NCBI GenBank assembly: GCA_046485285.1
Contig: JAWOHE010000084.1
Coordinates: 1 to 47,443, forward strand
Origin: a bacterium
GTDB taxonomy: Bacteria > Hydrothermota > Tepidihabitantia > Tepidihabitantales > Tepidihabitantaceae
Reading direction: 5' to 3'
DNA: 47,443 nucleotides
The notes under the pieces: generated by a model
Databases searched by the model: none
What the model was told of the DNA's origin: nothing
Seen by the model: the letters and a program-made list of their open reading frames with translations, nothing else
Shown here: piece after piece, positions 38,032 to 47,147 of the stretch
How the letters are laid out: the number at the start of each line of letters is the position of its first letter
Position numbering within the stretch: position 1 is the stretch's first letter
Program-made: the position numbers and the translations under genes

Positions 38032-39249
38032 ATGGCCAAGAAGATGTCGGGCCGGAAGCCGGCCCGAGAGGCTACGCCGAAGGCGAAGAAAGCGGCGAAG
38101 CCGATCGTCAAGCCGGGCAAGACCGGCAAGGCGGCCGACCTCGCCGGGCCGGGGATGAGCACCTACCCGAAGGTCGACAAGATCCTGCCGGTGAACTACC
38201 GGCCGGTTCTCAACAACAACGAGACCCAGAGGGCGATCTACGCCGTCAAGGAGTACATCGAGAAGGGCCTCGCCCGCGAGCTCAACCTGATGATGGTCCA
38301 GGTGCCGCTGATCGTCGAGAAGGAGAGCGGCATGAACGACAACCTGGACCGTGACGGGTCGCGGACGCCGGTCGACTTCCCGTGCGGGCTCGGGATATCG
38401 CCCCGCATCAACGCCCAGATCGTCCAGGCCGCGACGAAGTGGAAGCGCTGGGCGCTCAAGCAGTACGGCTGCAAGGTCGGCGAGGGCATCAACACCGACA
38501 TGCGCGCGGTGCGCAAGGACTACTTCCTCGACCACGACCACTCCTCCTACGTCGACCAGTGGGACTGGGAGAAGGTCATCCGGCCCGAGGACCGCAACCT
38601 CGACTACCTCAAGGCGACGGTCCGGAAGATCTGGAAGGTCATCACCGGGGCCGAGGACTTCGTCCAGCAGATGTATCCCCAGCTCAAGGACAAGCGCTAC
38701 CCGAACCTGCCCAAAGAGCTGCCGTTCATCCACGCCGAGGAAATCCTCGAGCGCTACCCGGACCTGCCGCGCAAGCAGCGCGAGACGCGGATTCTCAACG
38801 ACTACTCGCCGGCGGTGTTCATCATCGGCATCGGCTGGGTGCTCAAGGATGGCTACCCGCACGAGATGCGCGCGGCGGACTACGACGACTGGGTGACCGA
38901 CACGTCGAAGATGACCGGCAGGGACACCCACGGCCTCAACGGCGACATCCTGGTCTGGAACCACCTGACCAAGCGCCGCCACGAGCTGTCGTCGATGGGC
39001 ATCCGGGTGACCAAGGACACGCTGAAGCTCCAGCTCAAGATGTCCGGCCAGCTCAACCGGCTGAAGATGCCCTACCACAGCATGATAATGAAGGACCAGA
39101 TTCCGCTGTCGATCGGCGGCGGCATCGGTCAGGGCCGGGTCCAGATGCTCCTGCTCCGCAAGGCGCACTTCGGCGAGGTGACGGTCACGGTCTGGCCGAA
39201 GCAGCTCCACAAGGTCTGCGAGAAGCACAACATCTTCGTGCTGAAATAG
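38032..39249 (+). CDS. asnA: Aspartate--ammonia ligase with Lys/Ala-rich N-terminal extension
   Basis: KWKRWAL, HSSYVDQWDWE, RAADYDDW, LNGDIL, ELSSMGIRV, SIGGGIGQ. Confidence 0.96.
   Translation: MAKKMSGRKPAREATPKAKKAAKPIVKPGKTGKAADLAGPGMSTYPKVDKILPVNYRPVLNNNETQRAIYAVKEYIEKGLARELNLMMVQVPLIVEKESGMNDNLDRDGSRTPVDFPCGLGISPRINAQIVQAATKWKRWALKQYGCKVGEGINTDMRAVRKDYFLDHDHSSYVDQWDWEKVIRPEDRNLDYLKATVRKIWKVITGAEDFVQQMYPQLKDKRYPNLPKELPFIHAEEILERYPDLPRKQRETRILNDYSPAVFIIGIGWVLKDGYPHEMRAADYDDWVTDTSKMTGRDTHGLNGDILVWNHLTKRRHELSSMGIRVTKDTLKLQLKMSGQLNRLKMPYHSMIMKDQIPLSIGGGIGQGRVQMLLLRKAHFGEVTVTVWPKQLHKVCEKHNIFVLK
39191..39246 (+). repeat. 56-bp direct repeat, copy 1 (asnA 3' end)
   Basis: Identical to 40976-41031. 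Confidence 0.95.
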
Positions 39250-39411
39250 CACGACCGATACGCATCACGGGCCGTCCGGCAGCGGACGGCCCGGTTCTTC
39301 GTCCGGCCGTTGCGCCGGACCAGTCGGCCGCGGGCGGCCCTGACCAAGAGGCGGTTGGGTTGACTCGACCGGCCCGTGAGGCACAATGTTGGTGCAATAA
39401 GGAGGCGAAAG

Positions 39412-40152
39412 ATGAGGCGATTCTCCTGCCTGCTGGTGCTGGCGCTCGTGGCGCCGGCGGTCGCTCGCTGGAGCGTGGACATTGAGGCCGGGCCGGTGTT
39501 CAGCGGCTACAATGACGTGCGGATTCCCGGTGACACCGGTACGAACTTCTCGCTGACCGACGACCTGAAGGCGCGGACAGCTCTTGGGTTTCGGGCGAGG
39601 GTGAGCAAGACCTTTGGGGATAGGCACTGGGTGAGCGTCCTGGTCGCGCCGCTGCAGGTCGAATCCCGCGGAACCCTGGACCGGGAGGTGGTCTTTGCGG
39701 ATACGCTTTTCGAAGCCGGGGAGGATGAGCTGAGAGGGCTGTACCGGTTCGATTCCTACCGGCTGACGTACCGCTACGGACTGGTGCGTGCGCGCCGGTT
39801 CAGCCTCGACCTCGGGCTGACAGCCAAGATCAGAGATGCGGAGATCAGGTTGGAGTACGTCTCAGCGAGGGACTCGGGCGCAAGCAAGAAGAACACCGGG
39901 TTCGTGCCGATTGTCAGCTTCCGCGCCGACTGGCAACTCGGCCCGCGGCTCGGCTTGGTGCTGGACGGCGATGCGCTTGCCGCGCCTCAGGGACGGGCCG
40001 AGGACGTGACCGCGGCCCTGCGAATCGGTTTCGGTGACCGGGTCGACGCACGCGTCGGGTACCGGGTGCTTGAGGGCGGCTCGGACGTGGACGAGGTGTA
40101 CGGCTTCGCACTGTTCCACTACGCGGTCGCGGGCATCACCCTGCGGCTCTGA
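39412..40152 (+). CDS. Hypothetical outer-membrane beta-barrel protein
   Basis: RBS AAGGAGG, signal peptide, amphipathic strands; promoter TTGACT-N16-CACAAT at 39360-39387. Confidence 0.8.
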   Translation: MRRFSCLLVLALVAPAVARWSVDIEAGPVFSGYNDVRIPGDTGTNFSLTDDLKARTALGFRARVSKTFGDRHWVSVLVAPLQVESRGTLDREVVFADTLFEAGEDELRGLYRFDSYRLTYRYGLVRARRFSLDLGLTAKIRDAEIRLEYVSARDSGASKKNTGFVPIVSFRADWQLGPRLGLVLDGDALAAPQGRAEDVTAALRIGFGDRVDARVGYRVLEGGSDVDEVYGFALFHYAVAGITLRL

Positions 40153-40340
40153 GCCGCGTGGCGCTCGCGCTACGGCCCCGGCGAACCGCTCGTCATCCCA
40201 GACGCCAGCCCCATGTCCTGGAGAAACGCAGCACCTACGTGCTGACGTAGTCGCGGCACGTTCACCTACGTTCGTGGGCTGCCTTCGGGCAGCCCGCGCG
40301 CTTGACGCATTGGCCCGCGGCGTTAGACTGGGTCGTGGAA

Positions 40341-40586
40341 ATGCGCCACTACCGGTTCAACCGCATCACTCTCGACCCGGCCAAGTGCTTCGGCAAGCCC
40401 TGCATCAGAGGGCTGAGGATGCCCGTTGCTTCCATCCTCGGCTATCTGGCATCCGGCATGAGCATCGATGAGATGCTGAGCGAGTGGCCTGAACTCGAGC
40501 GTGATGACATCTTCGAGGCCCTGGCGTATGCCTCCTGGGCCATGGAGGAACGTCTGGTGTCGCTCGAACCGGCAAGCTCGACTTGA
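40341..40586 (+). CDS. DUF433 family antitoxin
   Basis: [24 protein letters not shown]....E.L..WPELE..DI..AL.YA. Confidence 0.9.
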   Translation: MRHYRFNRITLDPAKCFGKPCIRGLRMPVASILGYLASGMSIDEMLSEWPELERDDIFEALAYASWAMEERLVSLEPASST

Positions 40587-40948
40587 AGTTCCTTCTGAAC
40601 ATGAACCTGCCGCGGGAACTTGGCCGGCGGCTGGCGACCTGCGGCCACACGTGGCGACACGTGGGCGACATCGGGTTGGCCGCAGCCGCGGACGAACAGA
40701 TTGTGGCGGAGGCCAGGCAGACACGGGAAGTCATCCTGACCCACGACCTTGACTACGGCGCGATTCTCGCTTTTTCCGGGGAAGACGCGCCGTCGGTCGT
40801 CACCTTTCGCACTGTGAACACACTCCCCGACTATCTTCTCACCCGGCTCATTGCAGTTCTTCCCGACATTGAGCCCGCGCTCGCTCAAGGGGCCATCGTG
40901 GTTCTGGAGGATGCGGCAGCGCGCGTTCGTCGGCTGCCCATCGGGTAG
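40583..40948 (+). CDS. DUF5615 family PIN-like toxin
   Basis: MKFLLNMNL...GH...HV...GL..A.D..I......ILTHDLDYG; 4-bp overlap with DUF433. Confidence 0.85.
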   Translation: MKFLLNMNLPRELGRRLATCGHTWRHVGDIGLAAAADEQIVAEARQTREVILTHDLDYGAILAFSGEDAPSVVTFRTVNTLPDYLLTRLIAVLPDIEPALAQGAIVVLEDAAARVRRLPIG

Positions 40949-40975
40949 AGGGCGTTTCCTCGCCCGCAGGCAGTA

Positions 40976-41031
40976 TCTGGCCGAAGCAGCTCCACAAGGT
41001 CTGCGAGAAGCACAACATCTTCGTGCTGAAA
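40976..41031 (+). repeat. 56-bp direct repeat, copy 2 (orphan duplicate of the asnA 3' end)
   Basis: Identical to 39191-39246; the following stop TAG reads CAG here. Confidence 0.95.
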
Positions 41032-41149
41032 CAGCATGAGACCGAGTTGTCACGGCGGGCTGCCTTGGCTTCGCCCCTGCTGGCGTAGTGCGGGCAGCCC
41101 GCCCAGTTCGAGCTGATCCGGGAAGTCGAGCTCGGCGTCGGCCTCGTGG

Positions 41150-41338
41150 GTCCGTCCCGACCAGACTCGACTATCCAGATGCGACCAGCCAGCGGGCCTC
41201 TGACCGGCAGGCGTCGAGCAACTGCTGGTCGGCACACCCGCATAACCCCTGGTCTTTGACGGTGACGACATCGTGACCGGCGGCCGCGAAGAGCTGCTGC
41301 GTTCTGGTTCTGAAGTTCTCGGCGAGCTTGAGCTTCAC
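41150..41338 (-). pseudogene. DUF5615 PIN-like toxin with internal deletion and frameshift
   Basis: VKLKLAENF...GHDVVTV.DQGL.G..D N-terminus joined out of frame to LAGRIWIVESGR C-terminal-like motif; stop at 41171. Confidence 0.7.
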
Positions 41339-41583
41339 TTGACGGACGCTGCGGGAACCGGGACGTGGCGGGATCGAGACATCTCCGCGCCACAGGCTAT
41401 CGCCGCGCGAATGTCGAGTTCCTCCAGGCCCGGATGCTCGCGCAGGATGTCCAGAATGCCCATGCCATCCGCGAGCATGTCCAGAAGCAGGGATAACCAG
41501 ATGCGGTGCCTCCTGATGCACGGCTTGCCGAAACAGACGTTCGGGTCAACGGTGATGCGCTCAAGCAGCGGGTTCACAGTCAT
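41335..41583 (-). CDS. DUF433 family antitoxin
   Basis: [20 protein letters not shown]....LL..LADG....IL..HP.LE..DIRAA. Confidence 0.88.
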   Translation of the reverse strand: MTVNPLLERITVDPNVCFGKPCIRRHRIWLSLLLDMLADGMGILDILREHPGLEELDIRAAIACGAEMSRSRHVPVPAASVK

Positions 41584-41793
41584 TCCTCGGCATGAAGCCA
41601 GCCCGGCAGGAGGACGAAGTCAAGGTCCGGCGCCGATCCTGCGAAGAGCACGACCTCCTTCGGTTGACGCGGCATGGGACCGAGCCGGCAGGACGGGCGG
41701 GCCGCCAGGCCGCGCAACCCCGCGCAGCGGCCGACCGCGGCCTCACCTGAAACGCGCGCTGGCATCGGGGAGCCCGGCGGGTATGATTGCGGA

Positions 41794-42867
41794 ATGAGAA
41801 CCCGCAGCCCGGACGCAGGTCGGCACCGTCCGGTCCGGCTCGAGCTCGAGGACGGGACGACGTTCGACGGCGTCGGCTTCGGGTTCGACGGGCCGGCGGC
41901 GGGCGAGGTGGTGTTCAACACCTCGATGGTCGGCTACGTCGAGGCGCTGACCGACCCGTCGTACCGCGGCCAGATACTGGTGATGACCTACCCGCTCGTC
42001 GGCAACTACGGCGTGCCGGCAGGCCCGGAGCGGTGGGAGTCGGGGCGGATCCAGGCCGCCGGGTTCGTCGTCCAGCACGCGCACCACGACACCAGTCACG
42101 CCGGGGCGGCGCTGGCGCTGGGCGACTGGCTGGCGGCGGAGGGAGTGCCCGGCATCACCGGCATCGATACCCGGCGACTGACCCTGCGCCTGCGCGAGCG
42201 CGGGACGATGCTCGGCCGCATCGTGCCGGCGGGCGGCGAGGCGCCGGCGTTCTTCGACCCGAACGCGACGGACATCGTCGGCCAGGTGTCGACGCGCGAG
42301 GCGGTCCGCCACGGCGCCGGCGGCAAGCGGGTGATACTGGTGGACTGCGGGGTGAAGAGCTCGATACTGCGCGAGCTCGCGGCGCGCGGGGTCGAGGTGC
42401 TGCAGGTGCCGTTCGACTGGGACTACACCGGCACGACCTTCGACGGCATCCTCCTGTCCAACGGCCCGGGGAACCCGGAGCGGTGCGGTGCGACGGTCGG
42501 CATCCTGCGGCGGGCGCTGGCGCTCGGGCGGCCGGTGTTCGGCATCTGCCTCGGCGCCCAACTGCTGGCGCTGGCCGCGGGCGGGCGGACCTACAAGCTC
42601 CGCTACGGGCACCGGGGCCAGAACCAGCCGTGCCGCGAGTCGGGCGGCGAGCGCTGCCGGCTGACGAGCCAGAACCACGGCTTCGCCATCGACCCGGACT
42701 CGCTGCCCGGCGACTGGCAGGTGTGGTTCACCAATGCCAACGACGGCTCGGTCGAGGGCATCCGCCACCGGCGCCGGCCGTTCCGCGCGGTGCAGTTTCA
42801 CCCCGAGGCCGCGCCCGGGCCGCTCGACAGCCGGGACCTGTTCGATAGCTTCGTGGAGGCGCTGTGA
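41794..42867 (+). CDS. carA: Carbamoyl-phosphate synthase small subunit
   Basis: GEVVFNT, TDPSY.GQ, SNGPG, GICLG, QNHG, QFHPE; start at ATG 6 nt after TATGAT. Confidence 0.96.
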   Translation: MRTRSPDAGRHRPVRLELEDGTTFDGVGFGFDGPAAGEVVFNTSMVGYVEALTDPSYRGQILVMTYPLVGNYGVPAGPERWESGRIQAAGFVVQHAHHDTSHAGAALALGDWLAAEGVPGITGIDTRRLTLRLRERGTMLGRIVPAGGEAPAFFDPNATDIVGQVSTREAVRHGAGGKRVILVDCGVKSSILRELAARGVEVLQVPFDWDYTGTTFDGILLSNGPGNPERCGATVGILRRALALGRPVFGICLGAQLLALAAGGRTYKLRYGHRGQNQPCRESGGERCRLTSQNHGFAIDPDSLPGDWQVWFTNANDGSVEGIRHRRRPFRAVQFHPEAAPGPLDSRDLFDSFVEAL

Positions 42868-45800
42868 GGCGGCCGGCGAGCGTGCTGGTGCTCGGGTCGG
42901 GCGCGCTGCGCATCGGCCAGGCCGGGGAGTTCGACTACTCGGGCAGCCAGGCGATCAAGGCGCTCAAGGAGGAGGGAATCCGGGCGGTGCTGGTCAACCC
43001 CAACATCGCGACCATCCAGACGACGCCCGGGCTCGCCGACGAGGTCTACCTGCTGCCGGTCGAGCCGGACTTCGTGGCCCGGGTCATCGAGCGCGAGCGA
43101 CCCGAGGGACTCCTGCTCAACGTCGGCGGCCAGTCGGCGCTCAACACCGGCGTCGAACTCTGGCGAGCGGGCGTGCTCGAGGCGGCCGGCGTCGAGGTGC
43201 TGGGCACACCGGTCGCGACGATTATCGAGTCGGAGGACCGGCAGCGGTTCGCGGCCCGGATGCGGGCGCTGGGCGTGGCGGTGCCGCGCAGCGGCACGGC
43301 GACGTCGGTGGCCGAGGCGCTCGCGGTCGCGGATGGCATCGGCTACCCGGCGATGGTCCGGGCGGCCTACAGCCTGGGCGGGCTGGCCTCGGGGGTGGTG
43401 CGGACGCCGGACGAACTGCGCGGCCGGGTGACCGAGGCGCTGGCCCAGTCGCCCCAGGTGCTGGTCGAGGAGTACCTCGGCGGCTGGAAGGAGGTCGAGT
43501 ACGAGGTCGTCCGCGACCGGTTCGGCAACGCCGTGACGGTCTGCAACATGGAGAACCTCGACCCGATGGGAGTCCACACCGGCGACAGCATCGTCGTCGC
43601 GCCGTCGCAGACGCTGACCAACGACGAGTACCACCGGCTGAGGAGCGTGGCGCTCGAGGTCGTCGCCGGGCTGGGCGTGGTCGGCGAGTGCAATGTCCAG
43701 TACGCGCTCCACCCGGCAAGCGGCGAGTACCGGGTCATCGAGGTCAACGCCCGGCTGTCGCGGTCAAGCGCGCTGGCGTCGAAGGCGACCGGCTACCCGC
43801 TGGCGTGGGTCGCGACCAAGCTGGCGCTGGGCGCGAACCTCGCCGACCTCAGGAACTCCGTCACCGGGGTGACCGGCTGTTTCTTCGAGCCGGCGCTCGA
43901 CTACGTGACGGTGAAACTGCCGCGCTGGGATCTCGCCAAGTTCCGGGCGGCGTCGCGCCGCATCGGCAGCGAGATGAAGAGCGTCGGCGAGGCGATGGCG
44001 ATCGGCGTGACCTTCGAGGAGGCGTTGCAGAAGGCGGTGCGTTCGCTCGGGCTCGGCTACGACGGGCTGACCGACCCGCGGGCCCGGGTCGAGGACCCGC
44101 TCGACGAGGTCGCGAACCCGACCGACCGGCGGCTCTACGCGATGGCGCAGGCGCTGGCCGGGGGCACGAGCGCCGAGGAGCTGCATCGGCTCTCGGCGGT
44201 CGACCGGTGGTTCATCGCCCGGCTCGAGACGGTCGTCCGGGCTGAGGCCGGGCTTGAGGGGGCGCGGCTCGAGGCGCTGGACCGGGAGCGGCTGCTGGGC
44301 TTGAAGCGGCTCGGGTTCGGCGACCGGGCGCTCGGGCGCGCGCTCGGGGCCGACGAGGCGGCGGTCCGTGCCCGCCGGCTCGAGCTCGGGGTGCGGCCGC
44401 ACGCCCGCCGGATCGACACGCTGGCGGGCGAGTTCCCGGCCGTGACCAACTACCTGTACCTGAGCTACGCCGGCGAGGCCGGGGAGCTCGAGCCCGACGA
44501 GCGCGGGCGGCCGGTCATCGTGCTCGGCAGCGGGCCGTACTGCATCGGCTCGTCGGTCGAGTTCGACTGGTGCTCGGTCGGGGTGTGCCGGACGCTGTCC
44601 GCGCTCGGCCACCGGACGGTGATGGTCAACTGCAACCCGGAGACCGTCTCGACCGACTTCGACGAGACCGACCGGCTCTACTTCGAGGAGCTGACGCTCG
44701 AGCGGGTGCTCGACATCGTCGAGTCCGAGCGGCCGCTCGGCGTCGTCGTGTCGGTCGGCGGGCAGGTGCCGAACACGCTCGCCCGGAGCCTCGACCGCTG
44801 CGGCGTCCGCATCCTCGGGACGGTGCCGGACAGCATCGACCGGGCCGAGAACCGGCACCGGTTCGCCGAACTGCTCGACGAGCTGGGCATCGTCCAGCCG
44901 CCGTGGCGCGAGCTCCGGGACCCGGGCGAGGCCCGGCGGTTCGCGGACGAGGTCGGCTACCCGGTGCTGGTCCGGCCGTCCTACGTCCTGTCGGGCTCGG
45001 CGATGAACATCGCCCGGACCCCGGCCGCGCTCGACCAGTACCTTGCCGAGGCCGCGCGGGTCGCGGCCGACAACCCGGTGGTGGTGTCGAAGTTCATCGA
45101 CGGCGCCAAGGAGGTCGAGATCGACGGCGTCGCCCAGGACGGCGAGCTGGTGCTCTACGCCATCACCGAGCACGTCGAGCTGTCGGGCGTGCACTCGGGC
45201 GACGCGACGGTCGTCCTGCCGCCCCAGAACACCTACCTCGAGACGGTCCGGCGGGCGAAGGTGATTACCCGGGCGATCGCCCGGGCGCTCGCCATCAATG
45301 GGCCGTTCAACGTCCAGTTCCTCGCCCGGGACAACGAGCTCAGCGTCATCGAGTGCAACCTCCGGGCGTCGCGGTCGTTCCCGTTCGTGTCGAAGGCGAC
45401 CGGCTACAACTTCATCGAGACCGCGGCGCGGGCGATGATGGGCGTCGACGTCCGGGGCGACTACCGGACCCTCGACCTCGACCACGTCGCGGTCAAGGTC
45501 CCGCAGTTTTCGTTCTCCCGGCTCAAGGGCGCGGATCCGGTGCTCTACGTCGAGATGACCTCGACCGGCGAGGTCGCCTGCCTCGGCGACTCGCTCGACG
45601 AGGCCTGGCTCAAGGCGGCGATCGCCAACGGCCTGCGATTGCCGCAGCGGTCGGTGCTGGTGTCGATCGGCTCGGACCGGCACAAGACGAAACTGCTCGA
45701 GAGCATCCGGGCGCTGGCCCGGGCCGGGTTCGAGCTCCACGCCACCGCCGGCACCCACCGGTTCCTCGCCGGGCACGGCATCGAGTCGCGGCCGGTGCGC

Positions 45801-46067
45801 AAGGTCTCGGAGGGCGAGCGACCGACCGTCGTCGACCTGATACTCGAGCGGCAGGTCGAGTGCGTCATCAACGTCCCCCGGCGCGAGTCAGACGAGGCGA
45901 CGCTGACCGACGGCTACCACATCCGCCGGACCGCGGCCGACATCGGCGTACCGCTGGTCAACGACGCCGAGCTGGCCCGGCTGTTCGTCCGGGCCCTGCT
46001 CGCTCACCCGCGCGCCGGGCTCGACTGCCGGCCGCTCTCCGACTACGTCGGCCGCCGCGGCCGCTGA
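42864..46067 (+). CDS. carB: Carbamoyl-phosphate synthase large subunit
   Basis: IGQAGEFDYSG, EVNARLSRSSALASKATG, NPETVSTD, RPSYVLSG, MGS domain. Confidence 0.98.
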   Translation: MRRPASVLVLGSGALRIGQAGEFDYSGSQAIKALKEEGIRAVLVNPNIATIQTTPGLADEVYLLPVEPDFVARVIERERPEGLLLNVGGQSALNTGVELWRAGVLEAAGVEVLGTPVATIIESEDRQRFAARMRALGVAVPRSGTATSVAEALAVADGIGYPAMVRAAYSLGGLASGVVRTPDELRGRVTEALAQSPQVLVEEYLGGWKEVEYEVVRDRFGNAVTVCNMENLDPMGVHTGDSIVVAPSQTLTNDEYHRLRSVALEVVAGLGVVGECNVQYALHPASGEYRVIEVNARLSRSSALASKATGYPLAWVATKLALGANLADLRNSVTGVTGCFFEPALDYVTVKLPRWDLAKFRAASRRIGSEMKSVGEAMAIGVTFEEALQKAVRSLGLGYDGLTDPRARVEDPLDEVANPTDRRLYAMAQALAGGTSAEELHRLSAVDRWFIARLETVVRAEAGLEGARLEALDRERLLGLKRLGFGDRALGRALGADEAAVRARRLELGVRPHARRIDTLAGEFPAVTNYLYLSYAGEAGELEPDERGRPVIVLGSGPYCIGSSVEFDWCSVGVCRTLSALGHRTVMVNCNPETVSTDFDETDRLYFEELTLERVLDIVESERPLGVVVSVGGQVPNTLARSLDRCGVRILGTVPDSIDRAENRHRFAELLDELGIVQPPWRELRDPGEARRFADEVGYPVLVRPSYVLSGSAMNIARTPAALDQYLAEAARVAADNPVVVSKFIDGAKEVEIDGVAQDGELVLYAITEHVELSGVHSGDATVVLPPQNTYLETVRRAKVITRAIARALAINGPFNVQFLARDNELSVIECNLRASRSFPFVSKATGYNFIETAARAMMGVDVRGDYRTLDLDHVAVKVPQFSFSRLKGADPVLYVEMTSTGEVACLGDSLDEAWLKAAIANGLRLPQRSVLVSIGSDRHKTKLLESIRALARAGFELHATAGTHRFLAGHGIESRPVRKVSEGERPTVVDLILERQVECVINVPRRESDEATLTDGYHIRRTAADIGVPLVNDAELARLFVRALLAHPRAGLDCRPLSDYVGRRGR

Positions 46068-46084
46068 CCGGACCGGCGGGCGGT

Positions 46085-46126
46085 AGTTCAAGGTTCATGG
46101 TTCAGAGGTCAGAACGCAGCGTTCAG
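46085..46126. repeat. Degenerate 7-bp tandem repeat (GGTTCAG-like) x6
   Basis: AGTTCAA GGTTCAT GGTTCAG AGGTCAG AACGCAG CGTTCAG. Confidence 0.7.
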
Positions 46127-46149
46127 CGCGCTCCCTTCCTCTCCCGGCC

Positions 46150-46460
46150 TGTCATTTCGACCGCAGCGCAGCGAGGTGAAGGAATCACTTTCCGGTCCTC
46201 CGCCGCCCCGAACCCGGACCAAGGGATTCCTCCAATCGGCGGCTGCCCGCCTCCGTCGGGATGACAGCTTGCAGTGGCTGTGCCGCCTCCGGCAAACCTG
46301 ACTGTGACCCCTCCTGTCAACTCGCCCGACGGCCGCAAGCCCCCTCCCGTCATTTCGACCGGAGCGTAGCGGAGTGGAGAAATCCCTCTCCTGTCCTGTG
46401 GGAGCGACATCCCCTTCTACTTCGCTCAGAGCTTGCCCTGAGGCACTCGAAGGGGCAGGC
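46150..46460. repeat. Cluster of REP-like palindromic elements
   Basis: TGTCATTTCGAC..GGAATC (46150-46186) inverted with GATTCC..GTCGGGATGACA (46223-46266); GTCATTTCGAC..GAGAAATCCC (46349-46386); CCCTTCTACTTCGCTCAG..CTGAGGCACTCGAAGGG (46412-46455). Confidence 0.75.
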
Positions 46461-46539
46461 TCTGTCGCGATCCGATTCGACATATCGCGGTTGTGAAACC
46501 GCTCCTACATCCAAACCGCACGGAGCCCACACCATCCCT

Positions 46540-46803
46540 CATCTCGAACGACGCGCCGCAGGCCCGCCTGCGCGCAACGCGCGGGCAGGCCCGCAGGTAA
46601 TCGGCAATCAGCCTCAGCGTCGGGCGCCCCACCCGGCCGTGCTCAAGCCGGCTGAGATGCGAATAGAAGCCAGGCTCGCGGCGCATCAGGTGCGCCAGCT
46701 CGACCAGGCTCAGCCCGGCCCGAAGCCACAACCCGCGTGACACCGCAACCAACGCAACCGTCTCTCCCGGTCTAAGGCCAGCCACCTTCGCATCACTATC
46801 CGC
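46540..46803 (-). pseudogene. XRE-family helix-turn-helix gene, apparently truncated
   Basis: RAGLSLVELAHLM......HLSRLEHGRV..PTL..IADYLRAC HTH pattern; the ATG of the paralogue at 463 is GCG here; frame runs on into REP repeats. Confidence 0.7.
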
Positions 46804-46893
46804 AACCTGTGTTAGTAAAAACTAACGACCCGGTCGACCAGAGAATCATCGCAATCGATTGAAAAGCCAGAACTTGATTGGGCCTTGAATTTA
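46804..46893 (-). promoter_or_regulatory. Conserved leader with GTTAGT-N4-ACTAAC (46811-46826) and CAATCGATTG (46852-46861)
   Basis: Inverted paralogue of 373-462. Confidence 0.6.
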
Positions 46894-47147
46894 CCCCCTC
46901 CCCCATACCCCCTACCGTACCCCCTACCGTACCCCCTACCGTAGGGGGAACGGTAGGGGGAACGGTAGGGGGAACTGTTGGCCCTACCGTTGGGGTAACC
47001 GTTAGCCCTACGGTAGGGGGAACGGTAGGGGTAGCCGTAGGGCCTACGGTAGGGGTAGCGGCTGGGGTAACGGTAGGGCATACGGCTGGGGGAACGGTAG
47101 GGGTAGCGGTTGGGGGAGTGCGGGTGGGGATGGGGGTAGCGGGCGGG
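46894..47147. repeat. 12-bp-period tandem array, about 17 clear units plus a degenerate tail; inverted relative of 186-372
   Basis: ACCGT/ACGGT-like cores at 46914,46926,...,47106, 12 bp apart. Confidence 0.95.
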
